Positions 33,682 through 43,810 of a stretch of DNA of 64,000 bases are shown in pieces. This stretch comes from Candidatus Marinacidobacterales bacterium (GTDB taxonomy: Bacteria > Acidobacteriota > Vicinamibacteria > Marinacidobacterales > DATDRI01). The stretch spans positions 5,152,001 to 5,216,000 of the forward strand of contig CBDCNP010000002.1 in assembly GCA_965219415.1 (NCBI GenBank), read 5' to 3'. How positions within the stretch are numbered: the first letter of the stretch is position 1; each line of letters starts with the position of its first letter. The position numbers and the translations under genes were made by a program. Under the pieces are notes generated by a model. It saw only the letters and a program-made list of their open reading frames with translations. It was not told the origin of the DNA and ran no database searches.

Positions 33682-35607
33682 CTACTTCTTCTTGTCTGGC
33701 GCCGGAGGAGTTGGGGGAGCCGGCGGTGCCGCTGGTATTGGTTCGAGAGGCTCGACGGACTCGACAGCCGGTAAGGGCCGGACCGGTCTGACCGCAAAGT
33801 CGTGAGCGCTCCCCAGATGCGCAAAACTGCGCACCGCTTCGAGCCTCAGGGCTGCATCGGGATCCGACTTCGCGATCTGTTTCAGCTTCGGGACGGCCCG
33901 GCTGTTCCCGCTGATCCCCAACGCGCGGATAGTGGACTTCTTGAGTTCCATGTCATCGTCGACATGAGGGGCGTCGTAGATGTAGAGCAACGCATCGACC
34001 CCTCGATCGCCACCGGTGTTGGCCAAGGTGCCGATTGCCGTCTGTTGCAGCTCGGGATTACCGCTGGTGATCGCGATCTCCCGGAGTTTGGTGATGGCGC
34101 TATCCGTGGGCGCGGCTCTGACGCCGATACTCGCGATCACCGCCCTTTGGAGCCTCGGATCCTGCAAGGAGTCGTAGAGTGCGATCAGGGCCTCCATCGC
34201 CTTCTCGCTTCCGATTAGGCCAATGGCACCGAACTTCGGAATCCGGATCGTTCTGAGCAATCTCGAGCATCAGCTCGATGAGCTCGTCTTCACTGATCGG
34301 AGGTCCCTCTGCTAAATATCCGCCGCGCAAGGCCATGGCACGCGCACGCTCGGCTTGGTGGACTTGTCTCTCGAACTCCCGCTGTTGGTGTGCGAAGGCC
34401 CGCTGTTGCTGTCGCATATGGCGTTCGATTTCTTGCGATCGCCGAGACGCCTCACGCTCCAGCTGTTCAGCCTGGTCTCGTAGCGCCGGCGAGGCCTCGG
34501 CCTGCGCCGATTCCGCCTCGCTATGGCTCTCGCTCTGCTCGGGTGTCTCCTCCCGTTGTGCCCACGGCGTTCCCAACGTAGTCGGGTTGACTGACTCATA
34601 AGGAAGCAAGGCGGCCACCCTGAGAGCACTATCTTGGCTAACTTGCGGTGCCGCTACGACCAAAGGTGACGTTTGAGCGGCTTGGAGTCCAACCAACACG
34701 AGCACCGCCAGACTCACTACGATGCCGGTTCTAGAAAGACGAGAGCTAGAGTTTCGTCTGCGGTTCAGTGACATTTCGATTCTCCTCACGATCTGTTTTC
34801 TGGTGGTCCAACCACCGGGCGCCAAGGCGGGGGTTTCCACACGCCCGGTCAACTCGACTAACTTCGTCAGGCAAGCCGCGTAAGGCTTGAGCTTCCCCGT
34901 TTGAGTGATCGCCCAATCGTCACAGGCGATTTCGCGATCCATGTTTAGTTGCCTTCCGATGAATCGCACCGCGGGATGGAAGAAGAAAAGGGCCTCGAGG
35001 ATCTTCTGCCCCAGGTTGATCCAATCGTCTCGCCGATGCAGGTGAGCAAGCTCATGCAAGACGAGTTGATCGAGCTCTTCTTCGCTCAGCCGCTCGGCGA
35101 GTCCACGAGGAAGGACGATCGCAGGTTGGGCGAGACCCGCTGCCATCGGACCAGAGACCCGCTCCGAGCTTTTGAGAGCTACCGGTCGCCGAAAACCGGA
35201 GCTCGCCAGCCACCCGTTCAAACGTTCCTGATACGGTCGGCCCAACGGAGCGCTCGCCTTTTTGAGTCGTCGTAGATGGAAATAGCTCCAGGTCAACCGG
35301 CCCAGCATGACAAGGGTGATGATTAGCCAAACCCCCCCGACCTGAGTGGACCAGCGCCTTGGCGCGAGACGAAGTGGGAACCGCGCGCACCCTTGTTCGG
35401 GGTTGTCCCGATCAGTGCCGGAAGCCCCACGATCGTCAACATCACCGCCCACCAAACCGCGTAGCGGGTTGCTGCGTTAGAAAAAGAAGTCACGCGAAAA
35501 AAACACCAAACCGCCAGAACAAGAGCCACGCCTTGCCACAGCCCGTTGGCGAGCGCTACCCAAGCAGAATCTATTAGCGAGACCATTTCTCCCATCGAAA
35601 TCGTCAT
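33682..35607 (-). pseudogene. M56 (BlaR1-like) metallopeptidase with HEAT repeats, broken into three frames
   Basis: NAATRYAVWW, HELAHLHRRD and REIACD motifs, HEAT tail; breaks near 35390 and 34230. Confidence 0.85.
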
Positions 35608-35981
35608 TGGCTCTCCTCGACCAACTTCTTGAGCCTCTTCAGCTCCGCGGAATCGATCTCCTCGTTAGACAGGACGTTCAACACCAAGAGCTCCGAAGAG
35701 TTGTCGAAGAAACGGCTGAGGAGGTGACGGACCGCCTTGCGACTCGCTTCGTCGCGTCCTACCACGGTGTGGTAGACGAACGCTCGGCCCTGCTTGACGT
35801 GCTCCACATAACCCTTCTTTTCCAATATGCGAAGTGTGGTGAGCACGGTGTTGTAGGCGAGTGACAAACGCTGTGGTAACGCCTCTACAACGTCGTTCAC
35901 CGTGGACGCGCCTCTTTCCCAAAGTATATCCATGAGCCGCAGTTCGCCATCGGTCAGAGTGGGAGACCGCCTTCGTGCCAA
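35604..35981 (-). CDS. BlaI/MecI/CopY family repressor
   Basis: LTDGELRLMDILW, LAYNTVLTTLRILEKKG, GRAFVY; ATGA overlap with the M56 gene. Confidence 0.93.
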   Translation of the reverse strand: MARRRSPTLTDGELRLMDILWERGASTVNDVVEALPQRLSLAYNTVLTTLRILEKKGYVEHVKQGRAFVYHTVVGRDEASRKAVRHLLSRFFDNSSELLVLNVLSNEEIDSAELKRLKKLVEESQ

Positions 35982-36191
35982 AATCGAAGCCTCCTTTAGG
36001 TTGCCAACGCACGACGAAAGAACTACTAAAGAATTAATTGCAAAATAGCGCAGGGGGCTTCGAGTTGTCAACTATAAATTTAATATTTCGTGCGGTCCCG
36101 GCCAAGTCGCGCTAGGCGCAACACATGGTAGGATGCGAGCGGCCTCCACGGCGTGCTGGCGCGGAGAGCCTAGCCTCTCAGAGGAACTGCC

Positions 36192-37649
36192 ATGATCTAC
36201 ATTTGGGTCGTTGGCCTGTATCTAGCCTTCCTTATTGGCGTCAGTGTCTTCCGGAGCCGAGCGGTCAAAACACAGGACGATTTCATGGTGGCAGGGCGTA
36301 ACGTACCCTGGCACCTTTTGGTGGGGACTCTGGTCTGCACCTGGATTGGTTCAGGTAGCCTCTTCGGAGGAGCCGGCCGCGCCTTTCGTGAAGGCTTTTC
36401 CGCGCTCTGGATGAGCGCGGGCGCCTGGGTCGGGATCGTCATCGTCTATTTCCTGGCGGGACGGGTTAGACGGATTGCCCAATACACGGTGCCCGACATC
36501 TTGGAAATGCGCTATCACCCAGCGGCACGGCTTCTGGGAACCATGGCCATCATCATCGCCTACCTGACCATCGCCAGTTATCAGTTCATCGGCGGAGGAA
36601 GACTCCTGAGTATTCTGAGCCCCAATATCGACCCAACGACCGGGAAGGCGATCATCTGCCTCCTGGTCGTCCTCTATACGGTTATGGCGGGGATGATGTC
36701 GATCGTGGCCCTTGACGTCTTCAACGGAATCATCATTACCGTCAGCATCCTCATTGCCGCGCCGCTCGCGTTGGAAGGGGCGGGTGGATGGACTCAACTT
36801 GCTGAGACATTGCCGGACACCCATTTCACGACTTTCGGTAGGCTCGGCATACTTCCCGCGTTCGGACTCTTCCTCCCTACGCTGCTGCTCTTGCTGGGCG
36901 AGAGCAGCATGTATCAGAAATTCTTCTCGGCGAAGAACGAAGCTTCCGCCCGCAAGGCCGTCATTGGAATGATCGTCGGGGTCGTGTTAGTCGAAATCCT
37001 ACTAGACACCACTGCCATTTTCGGTGCGGGGATGTTTTGGAACGATTCCGCTATGGTCGGGGAGGGGGCCACATTCACTCCGGACCAGCGTAGCGCCTCT
37101 GAGACCATTCTCTTGACGTTGGCTCGCTTCAATCTGCCACTCGTCGCCGGTTGCCTGCTGCTGGCGGGCGCCGTAGCCATCGTGTTCTCGACCGCTACCA
37201 CGTTTCTCATGGTGCCTTCGACGAATTTAGCTCGCGATGTCTATCAGCGATTCGTAAACCCCCGAGTGAGCGAAAAACGCATCATCCTATTCCAGCGTGT
37301 GATGATCATCGTTTTGGCGCTGGTTGCCTATGTCGTGTCTTCGTTCTTCGTGAGCATTCTGGACATGGCCCTTTACGCCTATACCATGGTGGGAGCTGCG
37401 GTGACACCGGCGCTACTTGCCGCGTTCTTGTGGAAGCGAGTCACGCCGGCAGGCGGCGTGGCTTCTATCGCTGCGGGCATGCTGGTGACGATCGTTTTCG
37501 GGCTATTGAACACGCTCGGCATCACAGAATTGGGTTACGACTACATTATTTATCCGGCGGGAGGAGCGTCCCTCTTGTTTCTGATCGCGGTGAGTTTGCT
37601 CACACCACCCTCACCCGAAGCGAAGTGGAAACCTTTCATGAACGAATAA
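36192..37649 (+). CDS. Sodium:solute symporter family protein
   Basis: DFMVAGR, TVPDILEMRY, many TM segments. Confidence 0.92.
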   Translation: MIYIWVVGLYLAFLIGVSVFRSRAVKTQDDFMVAGRNVPWHLLVGTLVCTWIGSGSLFGGAGRAFREGFSALWMSAGAWVGIVIVYFLAGRVRRIAQYTVPDILEMRYHPAARLLGTMAIIIAYLTIASYQFIGGGRLLSILSPNIDPTTGKAIICLLVVLYTVMAGMMSIVALDVFNGIIITVSILIAAPLALEGAGGWTQLAETLPDTHFTTFGRLGILPAFGLFLPTLLLLLGESSMYQKFFSAKNEASARKAVIGMIVGVVLVEILLDTTAIFGAGMFWNDSAMVGEGATFTPDQRSASETILLTLARFNLPLVAGCLLLAGAVAIVFSTATTFLMVPSTNLARDVYQRFVNPRVSEKRIILFQRVMIIVLALVAYVVSSFFVSILDMALYAYTMVGAAVTPALLAAFLWKRVTPAGGVASIAAGMLVTIVFGLLNTLGITELGYDYIIYPAGGASLLFLIAVSLLTPPSPEAKWKPFMNE

Positions 37650-37771
37650 GAGAGTCTTAGTCCTTTAACCCCTCTCCCTTCCGCCTTCGCGAGAGCTTCG
37701 GCGGACCCGCCGAAGTCCTTAGGACGGAGGCGGGCTGGGAGAGGGCCTGGGTGGGGGTAAGGAGAAAAACA

Positions 37772-38548
37772 GTGACGTACGAAAAAATTCGCGTCGAGGC
37801 AACCGCGCCCATAGCACGCATCACGATGAGTTGGCCAGAGAAGCGCAACGCACTTTCTATCCAAATGATGGGCGAGCTGACGCGCGCCCTGTCGACGGTC
37901 GGCGCCGACTCGAGCTTTCGAGTCGTGATCTTGGCAGCCGAGGGTGCAGCGTTCTCCGCCGGGCATTTCCTGAGCGAGATGATCGGCAAGGACATCTCAC
38001 ATCAACGTCGAGTGTTCGATGTTTGCGTGGATCTCATGCAGGCTGTGCAAAAGATCCCGCAGCCGGTTATTGCGGAGGTTCAGGGAACCGCCACCGCCGC
38101 AGGCTGTCAGTTGGTGGCAACGTGCGACCTGGCGGTTGCCTCGGAGCAAGCGAGTTTCGCCACACCGGGCGTGAAGATCGGTCTCTTCTGCACCACGCCC
38201 ATGGTTGCGCTCAGCCGCGCCGTCGGCCGGAAGCGAGCCTTGGAGATGCTTCTCACCGGCGAGCGGATCGACGCCAAAACGGCCGCCGAATGGGGGCTCG
38301 TGAACCGGGCCGTGCCCACCGAGCAGCTACGAAAAGAAACCGAGGAGCTGGCCCGCAAGGTGACGGATGCGAGTTCTTTGGTACTGTCACTTGGCAAGAA
38401 AGCCTTCTACACTCAGATCGATCTGGAACAACCCAAGGCCTACGACTATGCCAAGGAGGTCATGAGCCTCAACGCCATGGCAGCCGACGCGCAAGAAGGG
38501 ATGTCGGCCTTCCTCGAGAAGAGGCACCCGACTTGGACCGGTAAGTAG
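37772..38548 (+). CDS. Enoyl-CoA hydratase/isomerase family protein
   Basis: AFSAGH, AAGCQLVATCDL, FATPGVKIGLFC; AAGGAG RBS. Confidence 0.92.
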   Translation: MTYEKIRVEATAPIARITMSWPEKRNALSIQMMGELTRALSTVGADSSFRVVILAAEGAAFSAGHFLSEMIGKDISHQRRVFDVCVDLMQAVQKIPQPVIAEVQGTATAAGCQLVATCDLAVASEQASFATPGVKIGLFCTTPMVALSRAVGRKRALEMLLTGERIDAKTAAEWGLVNRAVPTEQLRKETEELARKVTDASSLVLSLGKKAFYTQIDLEQPKAYDYAKEVMSLNAMAADAQEGMSAFLEKRHPTWTGK

Positions 38549-38609
38549 CTCGGGTAGTAATCAGCTACCGCTAATCAGCTGTCGTCTTTGACTGATTGCT
38601 GATGACCGT

Positions 38610-39473
38610 TTACGGATTACTCGCATCGTCTGAAAGTAGGTTCTCAGCCGTAGCCGGTGTCTTCTCCAACCGATAAAAGTACCGCCCCTCAGATTCGTGA
38701 AAATCAACGACGGCATAGCGACGTTGGAAGTAGCCCTCGAATAGAAGTCGCGTCTTCACCCGCCAGTCGATGGCTAAGTCACGAGCACCGGCCATCATCG
38801 AAGTGGCGTCGGCCGGGCCTTCCGCCAGGATCTCCTCGTCTTCCAGATCCAGGCGGAGCTCGTCGTCACAGCGGCGGAACCCGCCGTCAGCCTCGCTGGT
38901 CTGATTGGCACGAGGGAGCTCCTCCCAACCAAATCGCTCTGGACGTTGCCCCTTCTTCACCGCAACGACCCGGGGGCTCGTGATCCACCATTGCACCTCG
39001 AAACGGTCGGTGGGAATCCCTCCATGGAGTGGGCTCTCGCTCTCCCCGTAGAGATTCACGATGTAGTGGCTCGCAACCACACCCAGCCCGACGATATTGA
39101 GCTTCGCATTCCGTGACTGGAGCGGATCGAAGGTCCAGTTGATGAGTTCCATCCCTTGCGCCAGCACTCTGTCCCTCTGCGTCCACTTCAACGTCTCGCC
39201 GATTCGTTGACCTCGATACTCGGGAAGCACTCCCATCATGTGCGAATGGTGGAAGACCTCGCCCTCTCTCCAACTCACGAGACCGCACACGAACCCCACC
39301 ATCTTGCCCCCGTCGAAGGCGCCGATGCAGGTTCCACCGTAGTGATGTATGGCGACCAAATGCATCGCAGGGACCAGCTCGCGGTCCGAAAACTCCCAGA
39401 CCTCTCGTTGCAGGTCGACGCAAGCGTCGTAGTCGGAGCGGCTGTTGAAATCCCGGATTTCGATCTTCCCCAT
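38610..39473 (-). CDS. GNAT acyltransferase (COG3375-like)
   Basis: HSHMMGV, WTFDPLQSRNA, PTDRF. Confidence 0.85.
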   Translation of the reverse strand: MGKIEIRDFNSRSDYDACVDLQREVWEFSDRELVPAMHLVAIHHYGGTCIGAFDGGKMVGFVCGLVSWREGEVFHHSHMMGVLPEYRGQRIGETLKWTQRDRVLAQGMELINWTFDPLQSRNAKLNIVGLGVVASHYIVNLYGESESPLHGGIPTDRFEVQWWITSPRVVAVKKGQRPERFGWEELPRANQTSEADGGFRRCDDELRLDLEDEEILAEGPADATSMMAGARDLAIDWRVKTRLLFEGYFQRRYAVVDFHESEGRYFYRLEKTPATAENLLSDDASNP

Positions 39474-39498
39474 GTTGGGTCCTTTGAGGTTGAGCGAC

Positions 39499-40869
39499 TT
39501 AAGACGCTAGCTCTCGGCGGGCGTGTTCGATCAGCTCATCGATGTCCTTCGCCTCCTTCGGGAATGCGGCGATACCGAAGCGAAGGGCAGGAACGATGGC
39601 GGGAAGCCCCTCGCCGACTTTGAACGGATGACGCGTGACCGCACGCTTGACGCGAGAAACGATGCGCCGTCCCCCGTAACGGCCGGAGGCGAAGGCGATG
39701 AGCCCCACGAGCTCTTGGGAGGACAACTCGCCCGCCACATCGACGTCCCGCAGGCTTTCCAACGCCTGCTCCGCGACGTGCCAGAGGACCTGACGACGAA
39801 AACCGGTGCCGACGAGCTCCACGATCTGATCCAAATCCATGACCCGGATCAAAATCAAGGTTAAGGGTCTCCCGAGCCGCTGGCCCTTGGCGACTTCGCG
39901 CCGGAGCTCGAAATGAAAACCCTCCTCGTCGTAAATGGGAACGCCCTTGTGAATCGCCTGGGGCCGCGGGGCTCCTTCCATCTTGGGAGGCTCCCGCGGA
40001 GGTGAGGCCACCGGCTTGCCCGCCTCGACTTCCTCAACCGGTTCCATGGTCTCGACTTCCCTGATCTCGGTGACTTCGTCGATGCGGTCGTCCACGTCAA
40101 CCTGCTCCCCTTCCTCGACGTTGCCAACCTCGCCGACCTTCCCCGCGTCCGCGGGCAAGTCGTTTAGTCGGGAGTCGGTCGGCAACAAGCGCAGTGTGGT
40201 TTCCTCTTCTTGATGCACTGGTTCGTCGTTACCGCCTCCCTCCGGGGAGGGCTTTTCTTCCAGCGCCGTGTCTGCACTCTCGGCGGTTTGGGCAGACTCA
40301 TCAGGTTTCCCCACCTCGGTCGGCTCGGGCTCGGCTTTCTCGGAGGGTTCCGCCTCGCTCGTCGGCTCGAACCCTTCGTCGATGGAAATCACCGTAGTCA
40401 GATCGGAGGAGCGATCCCCCTTCAGCTTTCCCCACAGTCGCCCCAACCATCCTGCTTCCTTCACCACCTCCTCTGGCTCCAGCTCCTCGATGGATGGCTT
40501 TATTTTTCCCGCCAATGCGGACGGAGTCGTGTTGTGTTTCTTCGCCATTAAACCCAACACCACACGCTGTAGCCCGACCGGCCGACATGGCTTGGTAAGG
40601 AAACCGTCCGCCTTGAAAGAATGGAGTGCGTCTCTCCGATACTGCTCTTTGAGATAGACGCCCGTGATAATGGCAACGAGCGTGTGAGCCTGAGACCCGG
40701 TCTTGATCTGTTTGCAAAGGTCGAAACCGGAAACCCCGGGTAGCAAAGCATCGAGGACAACCAGGTCGGGTTGCTGCGATTCGACTTCGCTCAACACCTT
40801 GTTAGGGTCGTCCAAAGTCGCGAGCTGGGCCCCGAGGGGAAGAAGACTTCGTTTCAACCCGAGCAAATC
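39499..40869 (-). CDS. Response regulator (REC, acidic linker, degenerate GGDEF-like domain); first REC strand lost at the IS junction
   Basis: PDLVVLDALLPGVSGFDLC, FLTKP; C-terminal LRDVDV..GIAAFP lacking GGDEF. Confidence 0.8.
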   Translation of the reverse strand, partial: DLLGLKRSLLPLGAQLATLDDPNKVLSEVESQQPDLVVLDALLPGVSGFDLCKQIKTGSQAHTLVAIITGVYLKEQYRRDALHSFKADGFLTKPCRPVGLQRVVLGLMAKKHNTTPSALAGKIKPSIEELEPEEVVKEAGWLGRLWGKLKGDRSSDLTTVISIDEGFEPTSEAEPSEKAEPEPTEVGKPDESAQTAESADTALEEKPSPEGGGNDEPVHQEEETTLRLLPTDSRLNDLPADAGKVGEVGNVEEGEQVDVDDRIDEVTEIREVETMEPVEEVEAGKPVASPPREPPKMEGAPRPQAIHKGVPIYDEEGFHFELRREVAKGQRLGRPLTLILIRVMDLDQIVELVGTGFRRQVLWHVAEQALESLRDVDVAGELSSQELVGLIAFASGRYGGRRIVSRVKRAVTRHPFKVGEGLPAIVPALRFGIAAFPKEAKDIDELIEHARRELAS

Positions 40870-42285
40870 GGATGTGTCCCGAGGTCCGTGGAAAAAGAAC
40901 GGCGCCCTCCACTCCGTCATCAGAGTATCATATCAGGCGGCAACCTCCGCGTGTTCGAGAACCTCGCTCAGACGTTGGTAGCCGTCGATGCGTCGTAGTT
41001 GAATCTGGCCAGAGGCGATAAGCCCAAACAGCAAAGCGACCGCAGACTCCTCGCTGGAGAACGACGCTTGGGTTTTCGTCCGGCGTCGAAACTCGCGGTT
41101 GAGATTCTCCAGAGCTTTGGTCGTTCGAAACGATTTCCACATGGCACGAGGGAATTCGTAGAAGGTCAGCAGCTGATTACCGGCCTCCTCTAGGCTTCGG
41201 ACGACGGCCGGCGCGAGAGGCGTCCACTTGGCGACGAGCTCGTCATAGGCTTTGCGAGCATCGAACCCGTTCTTGGCGTAGACGATCCGGTTGTAGTCAC
41301 GCCGGAGCTCACGGCGTGCGTGCGCCGGGCAATGTTGGAGCAAGTTGGCGCGCTTGTGCTCGGTACATCGCTGCAACCGGCACCCCGGCCACTTCTCCAG
41401 CGCTTTCGTCAGCCCCTTGTGGCCGTCGCTGATCACTAGCTTGGGAGCCCGGAGTCCTCGAGCCTGGAGTCCCTCCAGCACGGAGCCCCAATGCGTCGAG
41501 GCTTCGCTCACCGCCAGACGCAATGACAACAGACGTTTCTGCCCGTTTGGCGCGACCCCGAGCGCGGCCAGTACGGGTACGCTGATCACACGTTTCGCCA
41601 TCCGCACTTTCAGGTGGAAGCCGTCCAGGTAAACGATCGCGTAGACCTCCTCGCTGAGAGCACGGTTCTGCCATTCCTCGAAGCGCTCCTTCAGCCGGCT
41701 AACCACGCGAGACACCGCGCTCTTCGATAGGTGCTCCTCACCGAGCAGTGGTTTCAGCGCTTTGCGGACCCGGCGGCTATTCGCGCCCGACAAGTACGTC
41801 CCCAAGAGCGCCTCGTCGACCTCACGAGTCCGGCGCGCGTACCGGGGCAACAGCTCGCTCCTGAACTCTGTCGTTTCTCCCGTTTCCTCGTCTCGCACGC
41901 GGGCTCGTGGCACCCGGAGCTCGCGAGTTCCCACCGACGTCGTCACGCGACGGGTTTCGGCTCCGTTGCGATATCCACGGCGGTCTTCCGCACGCTCGTA
42001 GCTACAACACCCCAGCGCTTGGTCGACTTCTTCCTCGAGCACAACCTCGATCGCCTCCAGTACCCGCATACGCAGCCGAAGTTGGACGAACTCCCGGTAC
42101 TCGCTTACAGACTCCTTCAATATGGTGGTAGGCTTCTTCATGGCGTAATCCTCCTCCTCGCCTTTCCAGGCGCGGTTTCGTTTTGCTTAACCGGAGGACA
42201 TTAGCGGAAGATCTTCTAGGATGGTCTCGGCTCGGGTACGAACGGTGCAACTCGATGTGGCTAATATAGATCACGCCCGGCATCC
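40870..42285 (-). mobile_element. IS256-family element, transposase 40933-42141 (left end uncertain)
   Basis: GYRNG, YLDG, ISDG, QRCTEHK, ENLNREFRRR; end shared with the copy at 1-259. Confidence 0.93.
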
Positions 42286-42431
42286 ATAGCAAGACGCGTG
42301 GCGCAAACGGCCAAGGCGACCGGACGGCGGGCCGATTTTGAATCTGCTGCGCCTGGTGCTAGGCTGAGTGGGGGCTATCCCCCCATTAGGGTGCACCTTA
42401 CAGACGGATCGACCATAAGGAATCTAATTAC

Positions 42432-42953
42432 ATGCCCTCTCGACTCGGATTGGCTGCGATCATTTTGATCGTCCTCGCGCTGGACCAGGCCAGCAAGCTC
42501 TTGGTGAGCGCGAACATGGGTCTTGGGGAATCCATTCCCGTTATCCCAGGCCTTTTCCACATCACCCTGGTGCGCAACAGTGGGATGGCGTTCGGGCTGC
42601 TCTCAGCCCAAGCCATACCATACAAACCGATCCTGGTGACTCTCCTCTCCGTCGTTGCGCTGGGCGCGGTGGCGGTATACGCGATTCGGACTCCCTCTCA
42701 GGAGAGGCTCAGCCACTTTGGTCTCGCCTTCATACTGGGAGGGGCGGTGGGCAACATCGTCGATCGTATCCGGCTGGGCCACGTTGTGGACTTCCTCGAC
42801 GTCTTCTACCGAGGCACTCACTGGCCGGCTTTCAACGTAGCCGATGCCGCTATTTGCACCGGTGTGGCCTTGCTCCTGCTAGATACGTTGTTGCACCGTG
42901 AGCCGAAAGAGGCCGTCGCAACTTCCAGCGCACCGAGAATCGATAGTACCTAG
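42432..42953 (+). CDS. lspA: Signal peptidase II
   Basis: DQASK, NSGMAFG, GNIVDR, VVDF, FNVAD. Confidence 0.97.
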   Translation: MPSRLGLAAIILIVLALDQASKLLVSANMGLGESIPVIPGLFHITLVRNSGMAFGLLSAQAIPYKPILVTLLSVVALGAVAVYAIRTPSQERLSHFGLAFILGGAVGNIVDRIRLGHVVDFLDVFYRGTHWPAFNVADAAICTGVALLLLDTLLHREPKEAVATSSAPRIDST

Positions 42954-42964
42954 GCCGCCATAGA

Positions 42965-43771
42965 ATGTATCCCAAACTCATCGATTTCGGTCAGATCACG
43001 CTACTCGGCCAGAGCTTCCACCCGATCCTTCATACCTACGGGTTTCTACTCGCCGCGGGGTTTCTCATCGCGCTCCGGCTCGCCGCAACGAGAGCAAAGA
43101 AGATCGGTGTCGAGACCCGAATGACGATGGATCTCGGGCTTTACATCCTCGTCGCGGCTCTGGTGGGAGCCAAGCTTCTCTTGCTCTTTGTCGACTGGGA
43201 TCACTATCGGCACGATCCGTGGAGTCTTCTGCGTTCGGGGGGGATCTTCTACGGCGGGTTGGTGGCCGCGATCCTCACCTCGCTTTGGTACCTTCGCAAG
43301 CACCGCCTGGCGCCCTGGCAAATGGGCGATATCCTAGCCCCGTCCATAGCTCTCGGGCACGGCATCGGAAGGCTGGGTTGTTTCGCGGCCGGTTGTTGCT
43401 ACGGCAAACCCACAACGTCGTTGCTCGGAGTCACCTTCACTAACGACTATGCACATCAAGTCGTGGGGGTGCCGCTAGGAATCGCACTTCACCCCACCCA
43501 GCTGTACGAAGCCGGTGCTGAGTTCGCGATTTTTGCTTTTCTGATGTGGTTGACTACCAGAAAGCGTTTCGACGGTCAGGTCTTCTGGACCTACGTTGCC
43601 CTGTACGCGGTAGCGCGTTTCATCATCGAGATCTTCCGAGGTGACTTAGGCAGAGGCTCCGTCCTCTCGGGGGCTCTGTCGACATCCCAGTTGATGGCCT
43701 TGATCATGTTCGGGGTCGCCATCCTAGCCATGTTCCTTCTCCGCAAGAGGCCCCGAGTCAAACTCGCCTAG
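42965..43771 (+). CDS. lgt: Prolipoprotein diacylglyceryl transferase
   Basis: GRLGCF, HPTQLYE, RFIIE. Confidence 0.96.
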   Translation: MYPKLIDFGQITLLGQSFHPILHTYGFLLAAGFLIALRLAATRAKKIGVETRMTMDLGLYILVAALVGAKLLLLFVDWDHYRHDPWSLLRSGGIFYGGLVAAILTSLWYLRKHRLAPWQMGDILAPSIALGHGIGRLGCFAAGCCYGKPTTSLLGVTFTNDYAHQVVGVPLGIALHPTQLYEAGAEFAIFAFLMWLTTRKRFDGQVFWTYVALYAVARFIIEIFRGDLGRGSVLSGALSTSQLMALIMFGVAILAMFLLRKRPRVKLA

Positions 43772-43810
43772 TGTTTCACCGATGTCATTAGTCTGGCCCC
43801 GACAACTCCA

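Noticed and set aside
36015-36090. BlaI operator in the AT-rich patch
   Set aside because: Plausible location, but no clean palindrome could be defined by eye
38555-38606. TAATCAGCT / CTGATTGCTGA short repeats between convergent genes as a terminator
   Set aside because: Weak pairing and no U-tract; cannot be supported
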